From: Bacteroidota bacterium
Lineage (GTDB): Bacteria; Bacteroidota; Ignavibacteria; OLB7
Reading direction: 5' to 3'
Assembly (NCBI GenBank): GCA_018266795.1
Contig: JAFDZV010000036.1
Location: forward strand, 26,971 to 90,970
DNA: 64,000 bases
Shown here: positions 21,601-28,807 of the stretch, in pieces
Layout: each line of letters begins with the position of its first letter
Position numbering within the stretch: the first letter of the stretch is position 1
Position numbers and translations under genes: made by a program
The notes under the pieces: generated by a model
Database searches by the model: none
Seen by the model: only the letters and a program-made list of their open reading frames with translations
What the model was told of the DNA's origin: nothing

Positions 21601-24600
21601 CAATCAGTGCCTTCATCCTGCAAACCAATCTCTCCACGCTCACCAACCCGCAGGGGTCGAAGAGCATGGTGGCGGCGAAGGACGTACCGGCTGCGGTCGC
21701 AAATGATTTCAAGGACAACCGTGCCGAGATTCTGCGAGTACTGTGGGAGGGAAGTATCGTTCGCTCCGGCGGATACTATCTCTACTATCGGTGCGGTGGT
21801 GCATCGCGAGGGCTGCCGGACAGCGCGTTCAAGGATGACGGTACGGCGGACATCACGCTGTTGATCACCTATGGCTACGGGGCCGGCAATTATGCCTCCA
21901 GCGGGCTGCCGTCGTTCGTGAACCGGGTGGTAGTGGGGGCGGATGTTACCGTGGCTTCCGTGTTCGCAGTCTCGCACGAGCAGTCGATATCGGTAGCGGT
22001 GAACGGCACCACGACGCTCAGCCAGCTGATGGCCTCGTATCACACAAACCTTGCGGATCTGGCCGTGGACCTTGGCGGACAGGGGCTGAGCGTGGAGTCG
22101 ATTCCCGTTCCCGGTGCAGTGTACCAGGTGGCGCACGGCGGCGAGACGCTGGGCGCGGTTGCCAACCGATTCCATCTTGGCATCGATGCCATCAAAAGCG
22201 CGAACACGGATCTCGATGCGGGCCTCACCGCCGACAGCGAGTTGACCGAGTACCTGACCCTCGTGATCCCGCCGTTCACGCATCCGGTAGCTGCCGGGCA
22301 GAACCTTGCAGGCATTGCCGGCACATACAATGTGCCATTGACCGATCTCGTTGCTCCGCTTGCCGGCTCTGCAATCTTCGCTGCCGGACCGAATGTGAAC
22401 ATCCGCAGTCGCCTGGTAACGAAGTCGCCCACGGTGCCGCCGGGACACACCGGATTCCAGCTGTTCCGCGTGCCTCAGGAGACTCCGACAGTGCATGATG
22501 AGCCCACAGCCGCACAACAGTTGGAATCGCTCTACAGCCTGCTTGCATACTGGCTGGTGCAGAACCAGTGGTGCGATGGAAGCATGGAGGGACTGCCGCG
22601 CGGACCGGGGGAGGAACTGGCGGAGTTCACGGATCTTCCGGACGTGGAGGATCGGTGGAAGTACGAACAGGTACTGCCTGCGTACCGGTTTGTTCACAGC
22701 GCACTCCCGGCCGCCAACCCATATCGAGGGGTGGGTACGCTCGTGGAGATCGGCGTGGATTGGCGCGACGTGTTCGGCAATCTCCTGAACTACGTCTTCG
22801 AGGTTGATGGATGTTGGGGATCGAACGTTCTGCCGATCCGCCTGGGCTACACCGACGAAGTAATCGGAATCGGGCGTTGGCCGTCTGTGCGGTCATCCTA
22901 CAGCATGGGCTTCGATGCGAACTCGAATCCGACGAACGACATCGTACTGGAGTTCGATGTTGCGCGCTACCTGGTTACCCCGGAGGGTGAGCAGGCAAGT
23001 CTGGGGGATGTGTACAATATTGCCGGCGCCGACTACGAAGCATACACGCGCATCGCAAATCAGCTTGCCTGTGCCGATGTCACAGCCTGGGGAAGCACCA
23101 CGCTGGGCGGCCCGTCGCAGCCGCTCAGTATTGCCGCAATCCGTGCCTGGGTGGGAAGCATCGTAAGCTTCCTGGATCAGCTGTTCGCGGTGCTTATCGA
23201 CCCGGATGCGCCGCAGCCGCAGATCCCGGACGATCTCACGCTTCCGATCCCTGCCTCGCTTACAAACAACGAGGCGATCTTCCCGTTGATCGTTCGTTTC
23301 GGCATCGAGCGTACCGGGCGTATCGACGATGCATTCCTCGACATGCCCGCCGTGCGCGAGGCTACCGAGGACATCGAACCCGCCGGGCCGATCAAGGACT
23401 TCGCCGCGAACTTCGAGTGCGTCTATGGGGGGGCGAAGCTGGCCGCGGGCCTCTCGCGTCTGGAGGATACGGAGACCGATTCACGCAATCGGCTCTGGGT
23501 GGTGAAGCTGGGGCAGCTCAACGGCAATAATCGCGACCAGGGCCCATCGAATCCGAACAAACGGTTCCAGTATGCCGTCGACGATCAGCAGCAGGTGTTC
23601 TTCGCACCGATTCCGCTTGCTACGTCACCCATCGGATCGGAAGATCTGAACGTCTACAACTACGTTTCCGGACAGGGGCTGGCCGATGCAGTCACCAGGA
23701 AAACCTACAAGGGGGTTGATCTCGATGCCTGGGCCCGGACGTTCCTGAATGCGGTGGACACGATTCTGCTTCCTCAGTATGCAACTCCGGCACATCTGCT
23801 CGATCTTGGAAGCGCTGCTCCGGCGGGCTCGCGCGCGCTCGAGAAGATTATCGCTGCGAAGCGAATGATTGCCGGCGCCATCACGGGAATGGTGCAGGAG
23901 ATTGGAGACACAGGACGGGGAAACCTGGGCGAGGCCAGCGAGTTCTTCAGTCAGCGACTGCTGGTTCGATTGTCGGCAGCGTATGAAACCGATGCGATCG
24001 TTCAGCTGGGAGTAAACGTGGACTCGCCGTATGCCGATGCGGATACCACGTACGTACCGAAGCTGTATGGGCAGACAGTGGGACGGCGGCCGGGAACGGA
24101 GGAGTCGAAGCCGGAGTTCACGCTCTCCACGGCACGTGTTCCACTGGCACGCGAGAGTCAGTACCTGACATTCCTTTTCAGTGCGGAGACGGCGCTGCCC
24201 GAACAGATGTTCGAGGTGGATGTAGAATTCAACGTCAGCGCATTGGAATACCAGATTGCCGACGTGCCGGGCATTACCGATTATCGCGCGTCATCGTGGC
24301 TCACATTCATCATTCCACCCGACTCGCCAACCGTGCGGGCTGCTGTTCCGGTACCGATCCGGAAGTTCCCGCCCACGCCGACGTTGATCGAGCAGGAATT
24401 GATCACCACGGTTGACGCCACCGATGATGAGGAGGAATACAATGCGCTTACGCTTGCCGAGACGCGTGAATGGCAGTATGCATATACATACGAGCGGGTG
24501 CAGGGGACGCACGATGTAATCTTCACCTCCCCTCGATTCAATGTGGCCAACAGCGAACTGCCTCACGGCATCGGTGCGGAGGATCCCGATCTGTTCCAGG

Positions 24601-25769
24601 CGCTGGCGATGTTCGATCACGCCTGGGATGCCATCCAGCAGGATCTGTTCGATCCGTTGGTCAAGATCAGGCAGGGCGTTGCCGGTGCCGACGACGGCAA
24701 GGCCGATGCCGCTCTCACAGCGTTTGCCGCAATTGCATCCAAGGTTGCATGCGCATGGGGACGCTGGTTGTGCGATCGCGATTTCTACCGGCCGTCGTAC
24801 GGGACGGAAGATCCATACCTGTACGTGGTAAGCGAGGATGATCGCGACATCCTAGTCGAGGCGCAGGTGGTGCGGCGGTTCACGATAGCCGTCAGAGTCT
24901 GCCGCGGCCAGGCGGACGTTCCTCTACCGCGTATAGATGTCGATGGTTGGGAAACCCACCCGGTGGACAACGTATTGCCGGGATGGCGGATATTCTGGTA
25001 TTCAGCAGTAGGAGAGAACGGAACGGAGATCCTGGACAAGGATACTGCTGCGGAGGACCGCCAGCGAACGGTGGTATTCGAAACACTGGATATCCTGAAC
25101 AAGCAGAATGCATGGGGAGGGGTGTACACAACCCGGAACGAGAACATCTTCAACGATGCCGCCTGTAATCCGACTGCTTCCATTCATACGAATCGGGAGT
25201 TCATCTATCGTACTCCGATGGTTCGCTTCGGAAATCTGCTGACCCCACTCATCGAATATGACGGGACGATCGATGTCGGGAGTCTGAGTCCCGCGGAGCC
25301 GAGCCCGAAGGGAATCGGGAGCCACATCGGCACGTTGTTCACGAAGTTCTTCGAAGGGATTCAGAATCCGGCGCCGAACGAGACCCGAAGCATTCGCGTG
25401 GATTGCAGGTATGAGTATCGTCTGGGGAATCCCTATGGGATCGTGAGTCCGATGATCGTTACGCTGCCGATTGCTATGTCGCCGCCGTTCGATTTCCGGA
25501 TACATGCGGACGAGGACGCGACATGCCCGCAGCAGGCTGCCACTTTCACCTGTGCGCTTGCCGATGCGATCACCGCCTGGTACTACGCGCGGTTGCCCGA
25601 GCGGGATCAGGGGCGGTTCATTTTCGACATCGCAGTCTATTCAAGCCTGGGGAATACAGGCAAGCTGCCGATCTACCACGTGAAGTCCTTGCGGTTGAAT
25701 CTGAGCGACGTGAACGATCTGACCGAGGATGATTGCGACGACGACGGTGGCGACGGCACGGGAGGATGA
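15654..25769 (+). CDS. Giant protein, paralog B (3,371 aa); two LysM-like repeat arrays; family not recognised
   Basis: ATG at 15654 (MSLQTFYNSLGGD...) is preceded by GAGGAAG and lies 16 nt after the MBL stop. The ORF is uninterrupted to 25769. It is collinear with paralog A, with islands of high identity such as FEILYKKVTESIGVYQ..., NAWGGVY..RN.N.F...AACN....HTN..F.YRTPMVRFG.LLTPLIEYD, and VFDI.VYSSL....KLP.Y. No signal peptide and no T9SS-type C-terminal domain; the protein ends DDCDDDGGDGTGG. Confidence 0.85.
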   Translation: MSLQTFYNSLGGDTPPNPIVFELDEDTVDPILMLLTLLEVDRLEVDIVGEGEHDPPFGMVYTADDQPMTIRGSAEMYGVATTVLLVFVQDAETDAIQGTLTAALDITSIQALSDSGIAVIANMADIAAMPEAGVVLEVLGNLSLTTSTADRTFVVQSGIKDGTTRVFQSPAVSFTGLNVRVDRVIGDPASEDGPGAPVTTLSVKGAFTVCGQALDVTVDIPVGGVGSTMWRFAFTSPTGFGLDSLVDLLNAFGVGGQFAALPDRIRLLSAFRFMGFEVIADPFPSIASIEVLFAITGDWNVVDTVTLHNITCSLLVQNPFNGPSALLRASGVFTVGGIDLGTTLLIPIGGGNWLVRCTTDSDSINLLTMSQLPGRFDLSSLQAPIGTQQQLDVVLNDLTVVFNPIARTIGAISIAVRYAATWNALVYNGETVLSVTNPQFVIAIDSPLSNNRRVTASISGFVAFYDLINASFEMTRSGGRWAFAAETTKPIRLQAIFDKFFPTYPEWLDAIKGFSITQIVFNYTTSGGSQPGVFNLSARIEANWDYALGGQTGSIQLTSISASVGSQPDPAQPAQRIWTFAVAGTVRLYDTFNLTGSFQYRTGNGPGSGAEIAVEFDGVRGVYNSTNKRIDVSLGNRTVGDLVNTLNRLVNGPATPDYQFESPWDLVAGISLQGLVFSFYFDGNSQKRCGITYRFPTPVDLGFMKIVSVSVIVTTTKKIRFEADVIPFTATTPSPFGWNLDDANVPKPPGRSARILDLKYLGIGQRLELMSANATRSVDDGIAAMKTAFAIPSATSHPLTGMQAGLRYNPQMNWLVGADFQLFGALAIGFIFNDSNIAGVRVGVDGDRFRYLGGLKFEILYKKVTESIGVYQMEIRVPDSIRQIELGQVSITLPIIAFELYTNGNFKVDFGFPKDNDFSRSFMIQVFPFLGAGGFYFALLEGATSPRLPANYNPNTGVFRPVLSFGIGLSLGVGKSINRGIFSAQLSITFEGILEGVIGFFNPTSGSGTEIYYWLQGTLGVVGRIQGSVSFAVISASVSLVVYARIGATFESYQPLVLFFEAGVDVNLTVRIGVGWLSTDVSCSFSTSIRESFTIPVRGNGTAPWVGGGQHALGHGAGPHGMIGSSAVAPKEMGVLRWRTIDMAGTGDEVLLEFRPMYTVAEGPNGQKSNYVAMLFLRSASQSERENDHRTVNEIQATDFEALATGMLVWAINASVNANNQTAVNAGNIETELLNKDVRIDHLQEVFDSLARRAGAAASFETQQLLDFLHLYFTMVIVPLQQNRHSPNGGSSDDRPTLAVFPMPPDLELKAFYDDATVADIDFASYNMVPDSYSGEIANHFKEIAMQFQTGLEASVDANEMQAAPEYTGDEESMASYVFDDYFMLLARGVVHAAMDLLKNYSIKSAGETLAALATTYGVSPGEVGVANADLAITAPATLQLGGVAVTTTATDTLAALASDRGFPNDNGFLESLGRLNALTPGLVATDTAITIGDDSIDVAENETLYSMATRLHASPGAVAVTIASRQVLNADTRLLLPTVPTTYLTVGSEPNLRWIASNYVATPDFQFETDFALANAFVPGIFVPGTIFTMATGDAYQSIASDSLATIAAAVGFTVESVAGASNELSGIIAPGVRLTIPPVSVALEGAPTLRQVQTTYGAGIAAVAAANAATLVLGAAGGCIELPNVKKIKIGTLRKEMLQRDLLIDLGGTVSRFMVPGLRLPLPTQQQNPEPGLWPNCEPDGLYRLTGQQFELDNPLGGQNGPDLDVMLVGGANAGWYSMRGDAENYENPENDEVYENPVRVTLEWADLDKLDQLAAEQLLVDASPYRKIPMSQTQLKRFPLGRPVQIQMSGAFAYAVGTAPNGVLPTILNFSEGMRRVLAVARNPEQRFDLALERPDGSAAALNVYSWATAITVKVRRVRLPDGSIAAMTYELDGADAEGTLTLEKIVARGGTSGFGFIQDIHLLFAGQGVGALQTDGPNAISAFILQTNLSTLTNPQGSKSMVAAKDVPAAVANDFKDNRAEILRVLWEGSIVRSGGYYLYYRCGGASRGLPDSAFKDDGTADITLLITYGYGAGNYASSGLPSFVNRVVVGADVTVASVFAVSHEQSISVAVNGTTTLSQLMASYHTNLADLAVDLGGQGLSVESIPVPGAVYQVAHGGETLGAVANRFHLGIDAIKSANTDLDAGLTADSELTEYLTLVIPPFTHPVAAGQNLAGIAGTYNVPLTDLVAPLAGSAIFAAGPNVNIRSRLVTKSPTVPPGHTGFQLFRVPQETPTVHDEPTAAQQLESLYSLLAYWLVQNQWCDGSMEGLPRGPGEELAEFTDLPDVEDRWKYEQVLPAYRFVHSALPAANPYRGVGTLVEIGVDWRDVFGNLLNYVFEVDGCWGSNVLPIRLGYTDEVIGIGRWPSVRSSYSMGFDANSNPTNDIVLEFDVARYLVTPEGEQASLGDVYNIAGADYEAYTRIANQLACADVTAWGSTTLGGPSQPLSIAAIRAWVGSIVSFLDQLFAVLIDPDAPQPQIPDDLTLPIPASLTNNEAIFPLIVRFGIERTGRIDDAFLDMPAVREATEDIEPAGPIKDFAANFECVYGGAKLAAGLSRLEDTETDSRNRLWVVKLGQLNGNNRDQGPSNPNKRFQYAVDDQQQVFFAPIPLATSPIGSEDLNVYNYVSGQGLADAVTRKTYKGVDLDAWARTFLNAVDTILLPQYATPAHLLDLGSAAPAGSRALEKIIAAKRMIAGAITGMVQEIGDTGRGNLGEASEFFSQRLLVRLSAAYETDAIVQLGVNVDSPYADADTTYVPKLYGQTVGRRPGTEESKPEFTLSTARVPLARESQYLTFLFSAETALPEQMFEVDVEFNVSALEYQIADVPGITDYRASSWLTFIIPPDSPTVRAAVPVPIRKFPPTPTLIEQELITTVDATDDEEEYNALTLAETREWQYAYTYERVQGTHDVIFTSPRFNVANSELPHGIGAEDPDLFQALAMFDHAWDAIQQDLFDPLVKIRQGVAGADDGKADAALTAFAAIASKVACAWGRWLCDRDFYRPSYGTEDPYLYVVSEDDRDILVEAQVVRRFTIAVRVCRGQADVPLPRIDVDGWETHPVDNVLPGWRIFWYSAVGENGTEILDKDTAAEDRQRTVVFETLDILNKQNAWGGVYTTRNENIFNDAACNPTASIHTNREFIYRTPMVRFGNLLTPLIEYDGTIDVGSLSPAEPSPKGIGSHIGTLFTKFFEGIQNPAPNETRSIRVDCRYEYRLGNPYGIVSPMIVTLPIAMSPPFDFRIHADEDATCPQQAATFTCALADAITAWYYARLPERDQGRFIFDIAVYSSLGNTGKLPIYHVKSLRLNLSDVNDLTEDDCDDDGGDGTGG
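19851..20718 (+). other. LysM-like repeat array 1 of paralog B (positional equivalent of 3114-4005)
   Basis: Segments include NYSIKSAGETLAALATTYGVSPGEVGVANADLAI, TTTATDTLAALASDRGF..., DVAENETLYSMATRLHASPGAVAVTIASRQVLNADTRLLLP, TMATGDAYQSIASDSLATIAAAVGFTVESVAGASNELSGIIAPGVRLTIPP and LEGAPTLRQVQTTYGAGIAAVAAANAA. Assigned by eye. Confidence 0.45.
21969..22430 (+). other. Paralog-B-specific insertion carrying about 3 more LysM-like repeats
   Basis: B reads ...VVVGADVTVASVFA[VSHEQSI...154 aa...RLVTKSP]TVPPGHTGFQLFR. A reads ...VIIGDAIDPTWGIVATVQPNNAAYAASQVKVLMIPPGHAGFQLYR. The insert contains YQVAHGGETLGAVANRFHLGIDAIKSANTDL and HPVAAGQNLAGIAGTYNVPLTDLVAPLAG. Confidence 0.5.
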
Positions 25770-25827
25770 TACCGGCCTGGCACGTGGGGCCGATACGGCT
25801 TCATGGCGACAGATGCAATGAACGACG

Positions 25828-25865
25828 GCGTCTCGTTACTTCGGGTGACGAGACGCTTCGTTTTT
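25828..25865 (+). terminator. Rho-independent terminator closing the giant-gene block
   Basis: A perfect 9-bp stem GCGTCTCGT / ACGAGACGC (25828-25836 and 25848-25856) around an 11-nt loop, followed by TTCGTTTTT. It lies 59 nt after the paralog B stop. Confidence 0.7.
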
Positions 25866-25885
25866 AGTGCGCACGCTCGTTGCTC

Positions 25886-26938
25886 TCACCGCTCCCGAAA
25901 CTCCTGCGGTGCATTCGGCACCAGTGCGGGATCGGCGAGGTCCAACTCCAGCAACGTCTTTCCGTTGTTCGCCTCCACGCCGACGGTGAATGCGCCGAGT
26001 GATTGGAACGTGTACGCGAGCGTGCGATCCGGGCCAAGCTCCGCCGTCACCACATCCGGTTTGAACGTCGGATGCAGATGAATGGCAACCTGGTTCGACA
26101 TCACCTGCGCTTCGTCCGATGCGGTGACCTCCAGCGTGACGCGGAAGAAGGTCCTGCTGGAATCCACCGGCGTTACCGTTGCGCCGATCCTCCAGCCGTC
26201 GCGATCGGCGAGGCCGCCGAATCTCCCCTTTGCGGGATCGGACGCCATCTCCTCGTTATCCGCGTGGCCGGCGACTCCGCGAATGCCCGGAGCCGGCCCC
26301 TTGAACGTCTGCGCTGCTGCGGGCCGTGCTGCCGCGGCTGCCGTTCGCCAGATGACGCTCGCAAACTTCACCTGATTCTCCTTCGCCTGTTCGATGTCCG
26401 CCTGCACAGTCTCGCCAACCTTCTGTGCCTCCACGGATGCAGCGGTAGCCGACTGCGATATCTCCATCGCCGCCTCCGATCGCAGCTGAGCCGCGGCGGA
26501 TTTCCGCATCGCCCGCTCCGAATTTCGTTTGGCGTCGGCCGCCAGTGCGATCACCTGCCTGGAGACCGAGCCGATGAAGGCGCGCGAGGAGATGGCCGCC
26601 GCAAGACAGAAGCCGCCGTAGATGAAGAACTGCCATCCGGAGAGCTGCGCCGGGTTCGATGTGTCCACCAGTTTGCTGTCCGCGATCTTCAGGAAGAGCG
26701 GCACCAGAAACGCGGCGCCGACACCACGTACCACCGGCTGCCACACCGATGTGTCGGTAGGCACCGGTTGAGCCGGGACCGGCGTGGAGGCCGGATCGGC
26801 GGCCGATGCTCCGGTTGTGTCCGGTTCCGGCCGGCGCAGCGCGGAACGTCCATCCGGAAAGCCGAAGTAGCTGACCAGCCCTCCGAATATCCCGGCGAGA
26901 ACCGTGAGCGTGATGAGAATCGGGATCTGGGTTTCCAT
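25886..26938 (-). CDS. Membrane-anchored coiled-coil protein with a C-terminal pYEATS-like domain (350 aa)
   Basis: Three hydrophobic segments (IPILITLTVLAGIFGGLVSYFGF, VVRGVGAAFLVPLFLKI, WQFFIYGGFCLAAAISSRAFIG). An Ala/Gln/Glu-rich helical stretch follows. The C-terminus DPAKGRFGG...WRIGATV...FFRVTLEV...VAIHLHPTF...GAFTVGVEA...LLELDL matches my recollection of the prokaryotic YEATS (pYEATS) domain signature. Confidence 0.7.
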   Translation of the reverse strand: METQIPILITLTVLAGIFGGLVSYFGFPDGRSALRRPEPDTTGASAADPASTPVPAQPVPTDTSVWQPVVRGVGAAFLVPLFLKIADSKLVDTSNPAQLSGWQFFIYGGFCLAAAISSRAFIGSVSRQVIALAADAKRNSERAMRKSAAAQLRSEAAMEISQSATAASVEAQKVGETVQADIEQAKENQVKFASVIWRTAAAAARPAAAQTFKGPAPGIRGVAGHADNEEMASDPAKGRFGGLADRDGWRIGATVTPVDSSRTFFRVTLEVTASDEAQVMSNQVAIHLHPTFKPDVVTAELGPDRTLAYTFQSLGAFTVGVEANNGKTLLELDLADPALVPNAPQEFRER

Positions 26939-26974
26939 GGCAGCGCATCAATAGTGTGAATCGAGGAGGGAGTT

Positions 26975-27168
26975 GGTCAGTAGTCAGTGGTCAGTAGTCA
27001 GTAGGACAATGACTCCCTGAACAACTGACGACTACTGAGAAACGCATTGATATCTAAAGCCGCGAACCTCAGATGCTCAGGATTGAGTCCTGTTCCAGCG
27101 CCGACACGAGCGTTAGATGTTCAGGAGCTTCTCAATAACAACTGACGACTAACAACTGACGACTGACG
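26975..27168. repeat. Inverted arrays of NGTCAGT heptamers (STRR-like) in an intergenic gap
   Basis: Four tandem heptamers GGTCAGT AGTCAGT GGTCAGT AGTCAGT occupy 26975-27002. Complementary-sense arrays are ACTGACG ACT ACTGAG at 27024-27039 and ACTGACG ACTAACA ACTGACG ACTGACG at 27141-27168. The same family recurs at 63317-63476. Confidence 0.85.
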
Positions 27169-27201
27169 AGCAGCGATAGCCGTGCTCTTCGCGGCCGGCC
27201 G

Positions 27202-28098
27202 TCACGGCGCCATCTGGTACGTCCGGGCGCGAAGCTCGGCCGTGATCGCCTGATCCGAGCCGAGCGCCAGAAGCCGGTCTGCGCTCACCGGCTCTCCGAT
27301 GGAGATGTTGATGGTGCGCCCCCGCTTGTTCAGGATCTCGCGTGCAAGCAGAAGCGTCGAGAGTTTCGGCAGGGCGTAGCCGATCGTCCTGAACAGAAGG
27401 CTGTTGCTGCCGTGAACGAACGTTGGCACCACCGTCGGCCGGCATCGACGTACCAGCCCGGCGAGAAGGGGATACCAGACCGGATCGACAACCATCCCCT
27501 CGCGAAACGAGTGCTGCGATATGGCGCCCGCGGGGAAGAGCACAAGCGTGCCGCCGGCCTCCAGCCAGCGAACCGTATCCGCCATCGGGCGAAGGTTGGC
27601 GCGCTTTGCATCGGGTTTGTTGACTGCATCGACGAAGATGAACTCGCTCTGCAGCTCCGGCACCACGCGAAGCTGATAGGCTGCCATGGTGCGTGTGTCC
27701 GGGCGTTCGGCGCGCACCAGCTCGTGGAGTATCATTCCCTCTGCGGCGCCGAACGGATGGTTTGCAATGACGATGGTTCCGCCCGTTCGCGGGATGGACG
27801 CAGGAGTACCGCGCGCTATGGTCCACGCAATGCCGAAGCGTTTCAGCAGGCGCGCCATGAATCGATCGCCGGCAGTGCCGTTGCTGCGCTCGAGCTCCAC
27901 CGTTTCCAGCACGCGCGCAACACCGGTGGCGCGCAACACCGCCGCGCGGAGAGCACGCTTCCAGGAGCCTGCCGATGCGTCCGGGAAGAGAAGGTCCAGC
28001 GTTGTATTCGATACATGTTCTTCGGACACGCTGCGCGGCTGGTTCGGTTTCGCATCCGCGACGCGCGGCGCGGGAGACGTCTGTGCCGGGGAGGTCAT
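27202..28098 (-). CDS. Lysophospholipid/glycerolipid acyltransferase-family protein (298 aa)
   Basis: The motif VIANHPFGAAEGMIL resembles the NHxxxxD/E acyltransferase box of 'putative hemolysin'/PlsC-like proteins, and a downstream LVLFPAG block is present. I chose the ATG at 28098 (MTSPAQTS...) because the upstream 118 codons of the track ORF are Arg/His/Gln-rich and overlap a better ORF in another frame. Confidence 0.65.
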   Translation of the reverse strand: MTSPAQTSPAPRVADAKPNQPRSVSEEHVSNTTLDLLFPDASAGSWKRALRAAVLRATGVARVLETVELERSNGTAGDRFMARLLKRFGIAWTIARGTPASIPRTGGTIVIANHPFGAAEGMILHELVRAERPDTRTMAAYQLRVVPELQSEFIFVDAVNKPDAKRANLRPMADTVRWLEAGGTLVLFPAGAISQHSFREGMVVDPVWYPLLAGLVRRCRPTVVPTFVHGSNSLLFRTIGYALPKLSTLLLAREILNKRGRTINISIGEPVSADRLLALGSDQAITAELRARTYQMAP

Positions 28099-28457
28099 AT
28101 GATCCCTCGTCGATTGAAGTACCGCCCGCCGTTCCTCGTGAAGCGGCTTCCGATGCCGGTCGTGGAGACGGATGGGCTGAGTCCGGGTGATATGCCGGGC
28201 GCTGCGGCATGGACGAACACATTCGGCTTGACGATGCAGCCGGGGCCCACCGTGATGTTCGGACCGGATGATGCTGCCGCAGGCGCAGTGCCGGCCGGCG
28301 TGCTGTTGAAATCGAGGTTGGCCTGCACGAAGGGGTTGACGAGGCCGGAGAAGAGGCAGCGCGCGTACGGTCCGATCCGGAGACTGATGCTGCTGATGCC
28401 GTTGCCCGACGTGTTGGAGTAGCCGATGGCCATGGTACTGCGTTGCATGCAAGTCAT
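28095..28457 (-). CDS. Small basic Gly/Ser/Pro-rich hypothetical protein, translationally coupled to the acyltransferase
   Basis: Its stop TGA (28097-28095) overlaps the acyltransferase ATG (28098-28096) as ATGA. Third-codon positions are strongly G/C-biased across the ORF. Start is ambiguous (Met codons at 28490, 28457, 28448, 28433). Composition is 1 Asp and 0 Glu against 8 Arg/Lys. No family recognised. Confidence 0.45.
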   Translation of the reverse strand: MTCMQRSTMAIGYSNTSGNGISSISLRIGPYARCLFSGLVNPFVQANLDFNSTPAGTAPAAASSGPNITVGPGCIVKPNVFVHAAAPGISPGLSPSVSTTGIGSRFTRNGGRYFNRRGII

Positions 28458-28807
28458 GGTTGCTTCGAGGGCGTGAATGCGCCTGTGCATGCGTCCGCTG
28501 CCGGGCGCAATTGGGACTGTGGAAGGTCGAGGGGAGATGAACGAAACGCGATGCTCAAGATGTGATCTTTCGGGGACTGATCCAATTCAGAGGAAGGCGC
28601 CATGCACCGTGCTTCGCATCCTCCTGCGTCCGTGCCGCTCTACATTGGCGTGCGCAAATGCAACTCCTGTGAGGTTCACCCGCGAGCGGGACGCGTTCCG
28701 GCACCCGGAGCCGCCGCGCGGGCATGGCGCTGATGAAGGAGCGAACGGTGGCGGCATCGCGCCGATCGGGCAGGGCGCCTGCGTGCACGCCCTGCCTCGT
28801 TCCCGGC

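Noticed and set aside
20196-22697. 833-aa antisense ORF inside giant gene B. Others occur at 16118-16817, 17550-18058, 18698-19508 and 25002-25505.
   Set aside because: Same reasoning: Arg-rich, non-protein-like sequence on the strand opposite a frame that is conserved between the paralogs.
15654-25769. The idea that the giant proteins are T9SS cargo or classical secreted adhesins
   Set aside because: Paralog B has no N-terminal signal peptide (MSLQTFYNSLGGDTPPNPIVFELDED...). Both C-termini are short acidic or Pro-rich tails rather than a beta-sandwich T9SS CTD, and I saw no Ig/cadherin/FN3-like tandem modules.
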